Positions 59,534 to 64,000 of a DNA stretch of 64,000 nucleotides are shown piece by piece. A program made the position numbers and the translations under genes. The stretch is from a virus, in the IMG/VR virus record IMGVR_UViG_3300007987_000009. The stretch is one strand, 5' to 3'. How positions within the stretch are numbered: position 1 is the first letter of the stretch; each line of letters opens with the position of its first letter. The notes beneath the pieces are model-generated. The model did no database searches. It saw nothing but the letters and a program-made list of their open reading frames with translations, and was not told where the DNA came from.

Positions 59534-59778
59534 GATTTTATACAATGGAAAATAATAAAATAGCAAGAACTGCATTTTATGAAATCAGTAAGACTTTAAA
59601 CCTTTCTTACATTTACTCACCCGATGTTTGGCAAAATTTACCAAAACATTTGAAAGGAAGAGTTGGTGAGAATTGGGGAAAATGTTGATAATGTAGACAT
59701 TAAGGTGTATGATTGCTACTGTTGCGGTGCCAAATGGAGTACCATAGAAAGAATAAACACCAATCAAGAGAAATAGAT

Positions 59779-60387
59779 ATGGGATATTTAAAAACAGAAA
59801 AAGCAGAAATTTTTTCTAACTACGAAAAATTTAATGAGTTGTACGCAGCGCATTGGACTCTTAGAAAAATAAAAGACGAACTACATCCGCGTGTTGAAGA
59901 GGTTTTCTTTAGATATATCAAAGCTAGACGTTGGAGCTTGGAGCGCAAAGATGAGTATCCCGAAAATTTCAGAGAATGCTTGGGCCTCGAAGAATGGGGT
60001 TACTCACATCATCCATATGCAATAAAAGTTACTATAACTTGGAAAGCTAATAGCGGACTGGAAGTTACTAAATCTTTCTTTCTGCCTCCATCTCTTATCT
60101 ACGATGAAGAAGCTTTGAAATTCTTCGAAGAAGATGAAAAATGGAAATCTGAGAATAAGGACAACTTGGTTTATGATGAACCTGTTATGTTTTCATCGTC
60201 TGACGGATATGATGTCTACACCATTAAAGAATTTAAAGATTTGGTATTTAATGGAGTAATTGTTGATTCTGATGGAGTTGGTCATCCGGTCAAGAATAAA
60301 AAAGCATGTGGGGAGTGGGAAGTATATCCGTCGCGCATACATGAAATACCGATAGAAGCCACTCACATTGTGTGGTACAATAATTGA
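59779..60387 (+). CDS. Hypothetical protein
   Basis: ATG start shared by repeat with 58580. Confidence 0.6.
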   Translation: MGYLKTEKAEIFSNYEKFNELYAAHWTLRKIKDELHPRVEEVFFRYIKARRWSLERKDEYPENFRECLGLEEWGYSHHPYAIKVTITWKANSGLEVTKSFFLPPSLIYDEEALKFFEEDEKWKSENKDNLVYDEPVMFSSSDGYDVYTIKEFKDLVFNGVIVDSDGVGHPVKNKKACGEWEVYPSRIHEIPIEATHIVWYNN

Positions 60388-60566
60388 GAGACTGTAAATT
60401 GGCGGTATTCTAATAGACTATGTATAGAACACCAGCTTGCTACAGACTAGGATACTATTAAAAAGTATACATTACTAGCATCGAGCCTAGACTTCGGTGT
60501 GGACATATTTTACAGACTTATGTATAATAATACAATTTTCTAGAAAAGTAGCACAGTCTCTTTTTT
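60386..60566 (+). ncRNA. Multibranch structured RNA candidate
   Basis: AGAGACTGT/ACAGTCTCT closing helix then T-run. Confidence 0.45.
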
Positions 60567-60704
60567 AAGTTGACAACATTCCATCAAGGATGTACGGTTG
60601 ATAAATAGAAAACAAAAGGTATAAACCAAAGATTGGATCGATCACTGGCTATCTTTGGGACGGTCTAAAAGTCGAAAAATTAAGTTTTAAAATTTAATTA
60701 CAAT

Positions 60705-60780
60705 GGAACCATAGCTCAGTCGGTAGAGCATTCGACCGATAATCGAAATGTCGCAGGTTCGAATCCTGCTGGTTCCACCA
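60705..60780 (+). tRNA. tRNA-Ile(GAT), C33
   Basis: TTCGA-CCGATAA-TCGAA. Confidence 0.93.
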
Positions 60781-60787
60781 AATTAAA

Positions 60788-60863
60788 GCCTCGTTAACTC
60801 AATTGGCAGAGTGTCGTCTCGACAAGGCGAAAGTTCGTGGTTCGAGTCCACGACGAGGCACCA
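60788..60863 (+). tRNA. tRNA-Val(GAC), C33
   Basis: TCGTC-TCGACAA-GGCGA. Confidence 0.92.
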
Positions 60864-60893
60864 CTTTACATTTTTACCTGAATATTATAGAAT

Positions 60894-61523
60894 ATGAACC
60901 AGTGGAACACAGAAAGGAAAATTAGTATGAACAACAAAAATATTCAGAAAATTGTAGAACAAAAAATACAAACTCTTGTGGAAGAACGTCGAGACATCCC
61001 CGTACAAAGAGAAGCTCCTGAAAATGTCGAGGAATACAAAGCCATAGGAAAGTTCTCTCCTCCATTGGGAATACGAGATTCCAAGGCACCTCTGGTGGAA
61101 GAATTAACACAACAATTTATTAATGCTGTTGAGCTTGAAGTTGTTACTGAGTTATACTCAAATTTGCAAAAAATTAAACCAAATGGTCCCGATCTTCTTG
61201 AGGAAATTCTTAAAATTTCGGAAGGTCCAACAAACTACACACATGTTTTGTTGAATCCTATTACTCTGTCATTAATACAATCTAACACAGGAAACAATTG
61301 GAAATATACCCAAAATCAAACTACCGGATTTTCTATTCTCGAAGGACCGAATAGGGTCGGAGTTATAACCACGGGCGACGGTAGAGAAATAATTGTATTG
61401 TTAACCATAATGGATAACCCTTTTGTGTTTTTCTCAAAAGGTGATATTGTGATACAAGTTGGAGACGTTGAACTTTCGAAAAAGGGAGTATCGTTTCATT
61501 ACAAGACACATATCAGGAAATAG
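60894..61523 (+). CDS. Hypothetical protein
   Basis: 209-aa ORF; start may be second ATG. Confidence 0.6.
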   Translation: MNQWNTERKISMNNKNIQKIVEQKIQTLVEERRDIPVQREAPENVEEYKAIGKFSPPLGIRDSKAPLVEELTQQFINAVELEVVTELYSNLQKIKPNGPDLLEEILKISEGPTNYTHVLLNPITLSLIQSNTGNNWKYTQNQTTGFSILEGPNRVGVITTGDGREIIVLLTIMDNPFVFFSKGDIVIQVGDVELSKKGVSFHYKTHIRK

Positions 61524-61610
61524 TTCTGATTTGATATTCTTCGTAGAAAATTAAACTGTTCTTCCTGAAAAAATAAAGATTTTGTTTCTGTAGCGTACAG
61601 ATAAAACAAT

Positions 61611-61689
61611 TGCGGGAATGGAGAAAGAGTAGTCTCGCTTGGCTCATAACCAAGAAAACGGGGGGGCGCAACTCCCCCACCCGCTACCA
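61611..61689 (+). tRNA. tRNA-Met(CAT), initiator-like
   Basis: 1:72 mismatch, loop CTCATAA, CCA. Confidence 0.85.
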
Positions 61690-61694
61690 AACTA

Positions 61695-61770
61695 GGGGCC
61701 GTAGCTCAATTGGGAGAGCACTACAATGGCATTGTAGAGGTCGGCGGTTCGACCCCGCTCGGCTCCACCA
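61695..61770 (+). tRNA. tRNA-Ala(GGC)
   Basis: CTACA-ATGGCAT-TGTAG, G3:U70. Confidence 0.93.
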
Positions 61771-61894
61771 AATACTTGACAAAAGCAGTTCATCATGAAA
61801 TAATTGTACTTTAAAAGGAGAACTCATTATGAGTATGAAAACTGTAAGAGAAATAACCACCGAAGAGTGTCCGTGGTTGGACGATAACATTGCA

Positions 61895-61922
61895 GAAGGA
61901 AGGGGTCTTCTTTGCCTTTTTG
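61895..61922 (-). mobile_element. Isolated left-end fragment of the IS605-like element
   Basis: Reverse complement of 55820 left end with 2 mismatches, TTAT flank. Confidence 0.7.
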
Positions 61923-61953
61923 ATAAATAAATCGAATCAGAACCAAAAATTAC

Positions 61954-62286
61954 ATGAAAATTAATGAAGTATTATCGGAAATGACTGAACAACAGATATA
62001 TGACGCTAAGAACCTCCCAGACGAACTAGAAATCGGGGAGGTTTTTGGAAATAAAGCAACTGTTATGGGAAGCACCGTGTATGCTGACAAATTCAAGGTA
62101 GAAAAAAAGATTTTTGATAAAGCTCTTAACACGTATTTCTATGTGGCTTTTAGCTTGGACCGAACAGTACCCCATTACGACCCGGACGAAGCTTGGGAGT
62201 ATGACTATTTTAAATTCAGCATACAAAATGGAAGAATAAAACCGGCCCCCGGTTTCGGGGGAGTGATAACAAATTACAACTTTTAA
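61954..62286 (+). CDS. Hypothetical late protein
   Basis: TAAATA upstream; MKINEVLSE start. Confidence 0.6.
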   Translation: MKINEVLSEMTEQQIYDAKNLPDELEIGEVFGNKATVMGSTVYADKFKVEKKIFDKALNTYFYVAFSLDRTVPHYDPDEAWEYDYFKFSIQNGRIKPAPGFGGVITNYNF

Positions 62287-62325
62287 AGCTTGACAACTTT
62301 TATCCAATGTTATAAACTGAGGGTG

Positions 62326-62376
62326 TGGATGTGGTTATAAAGTAAACCCAGTGGGGCTCGAATCCTCCAACATCCA
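62326..62376 (+). ncRNA. Anticodon-less tRNA-like mini-RNA
   Basis: TGGATGT/ACATCCA, D-like and T-like (CTCGAAT) arms, right after a promoter. Confidence 0.5.
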
Positions 62377-62407
62377 AATTTTTAATTTATAAACGAAGGA
62401 GTTAAAT

Positions 62408-63022
62408 ATGTACAACCCATTTTCATTCAAAAAGAATGATGCAGTAGAAATATTGGTAATCGCAGATCGATCTGGCTCTATGCAATCCATTGAAAAAGAT
62501 GCAGTCGGAGGGTTCAACGCGTTTTTAAAAGAACAAAAAAGTATAGAGGGGGAGGCAAGACTCTCTTTGGTTCTTTTTGACGATCAATATGAAATGAAAC
62601 TAGATTCTGTTCCCCTTGCAGAGGTCACGGAGATAGAATCTTTGGGGCCAAGAGGAATGACTGCGATGAACGATGCTATTGGTCGTGCTATGAATAGTCT
62701 GTTTGAAAAAGACCCAGAAAAGGCTATTATTTGTATTTTGACCGACGGTCAGGAAAACGCGAGTCGAGAATACAACAATTCGCAGATTAAAGAAATGATT
62801 CAGAAAGCGGAAAAAGAAAAAGGATGGCAGGTTATCTATCTCGCCGCAAACCAAGATGGATTTAGTGAAGGCGCAAGTAGGGGAATATCAAAATCTAACA
62901 TTTTTAACTATAACGCTGATGCTAACGGGATCAACGACGCGTACAAGGACTTGAGTTTTTCTGTTCGCTCTTATAGACAAAATACTTCCAACACTTACAC
63001 GGACAAAAACACCGTGGAATGA
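62408..63022 (+). CDS. vWA domain protein
   Basis: MIDAS DRSGSM, GMTAMNDA, LTDGQEN. Confidence 0.9.
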   Translation: MYNPFSFKKNDAVEILVIADRSGSMQSIEKDAVGGFNAFLKEQKSIEGEARLSLVLFDDQYEMKLDSVPLAEVTEIESLGPRGMTAMNDAIGRAMNSLFEKDPEKAIICILTDGQENASREYNNSQIKEMIQKAEKEKGWQVIYLAANQDGFSEGASRGISKSNIFNYNADANGINDAYKDLSFSVRSYRQNTSNTYTDKNTVE

Positions 63023-63026
63023 AAAC

Positions 63027-63311
63027 ATGAATCTTGAAAATTACGTAAAAGATTTGGAAGGGTTTATCAAGAACCGGTTGGCGTATTTCGTATCAGAATA
63101 TGCCGTCGAAGGAGATTCCGAAGATTTATCGGGTGTTACTTTAAAAGATTTTATGGACAGAGAAATAGACAAAGTGACTATTCAAATAGATAGTGCGTAT
63201 ATTTCACGAGATCACGTGACTGGACAGAGAATTTTTAGGGTTAATGCAAAAATGGGAAATGACACTTTCTGCTCGGAATTGAGAGTAAACGATTATATCT
63301 TCAAAAAGTAA
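63027..63311 (+). CDS. Hypothetical protein
   Basis: 94-aa ORF. Confidence 0.6.
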   Translation: MNLENYVKDLEGFIKNRLAYFVSEYAVEGDSEDLSGVTLKDFMDREIDKVTIQIDSAYISRDHVTGQRIFRVNAKMGNDTFCSELRVNDYIFKK

Positions 63312-63328
63312 AAAAGTCGAAAAAAGTG

Positions 63329-63357
63329 TTGACAAATGTCCCACATGGTAGTAATAT
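63329..63357 (+). promoter_or_regulatory. sigma70 promoter
   Basis: TTGACA-17-TAATAT. Confidence 0.8.
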
Positions 63358-63363
63358 GTATCA

Positions 63364-64000
63364 CATGATCTGTTTTGAAAGATTCAGATCAAAAGTTTAA
63401 AGCATGGATGCTTGCTTTGGGCAACCAGAGTAAAGGGTGAAAGAACTACAATTCATCCGTCCCGCAAGGGTCAAGCCATGCAAGCGCCGGTTAGGAAGTA
63501 CGAGATAAAACTCTAAGGCTTCCCCGTATGATAAGTGCGGTGTGTGCGAAATCGAGAGTAAGAGTCCGAAAGGATAGTCTCAGAGCCATTCGGTGAGAGA
63601 CAAGGCAGTTGGCGCTGCTCACTTTTACATGCCAACTCGATGAGCATTTAATACTAAGGCGTAGGTATAGGGTTCGATTGTTCGCGCAAGAGATGCTCTG
63701 TACCATCTTGATCGGATGAAGTGTAACAACTTCAGTCGTGAAAAGACGTTGAGTAGCTCGCAAGGCGAAAGACAGTGTGGAGTGTTGTATTCTGATGGAC
63801 AAAATCTGTTGGAGCAACTGGGGCAGCACTTCATGGTAGGTAATACGATACGGCCAAATTGGTAAAGGCATCTGTTTCCTAGACAGACGATTGAAGGTTC
63901 AATTCCTTTTATTGTTGAAAAAGCGAAAGTCTGCCTCAGTGTGCTGTTAAAGGCGATTAATACCAGACCGAAAAGAATCTGGTGCAACAATACCCGCAAG
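63364..64000 (+). ncRNA. Large structured ncRNA, GOLLD-like, 3'-truncated
   Basis: >600 nt without plus-strand ORF, many GNRA hairpins, embedded tRNA-like domain. Confidence 0.6.
63844..63917 (+). tRNA. tRNA-Arg(CCT)-like domain embedded in the large RNA, no CCA
   Basis: TCTGT-TTCCTAG-ACAGA, GAAGG-TTCAATT-CCTTT. Confidence 0.65.

Noticed and set aside
63491-63999. Minus-strand ORFs at the right end
   Set aside because: Antisense to a promoter-driven structured RNA; composition is not protein-like.

Overview
AT-rich segment of a large T4-like (jumbo) myophage genome. 1-15 kb: morphogenesis genes (very large structural protein, tail completion, sheath, tube, GroES, head-completion nuclease). 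15-24 kb: replication genes, including a family-B DNA polymerase split inside a Ser1/Ser+1 intein, a probable clamp and RNase H. 24-34 kb: glycosyltransferase-rich block, thyA and Pro/Thr-linker virion proteins. 35-41.5 kb: class Ia ribonucleotide reductase whose nrdA is fractured into three genes by two split inteins, each gap holding a free-standing HNH gene. 42-64 kb: accessory region with sigma70 promoters, about 24 tRNAs (several structurally deviant), tRNA-like mini-RNAs, unnamed structured RNAs, a leader-peptide attenuator, IS200/IS605-derived omega-RNA mini-elements abutting tRNAs, putative anti-defence proteins, Pth2, and a GOLLD-like RNA running off the right edge. All calls are by eye from motifs; no searches were run. 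Several accessory genes have single-base frameshifts at A-runs, which may be assembly errors.
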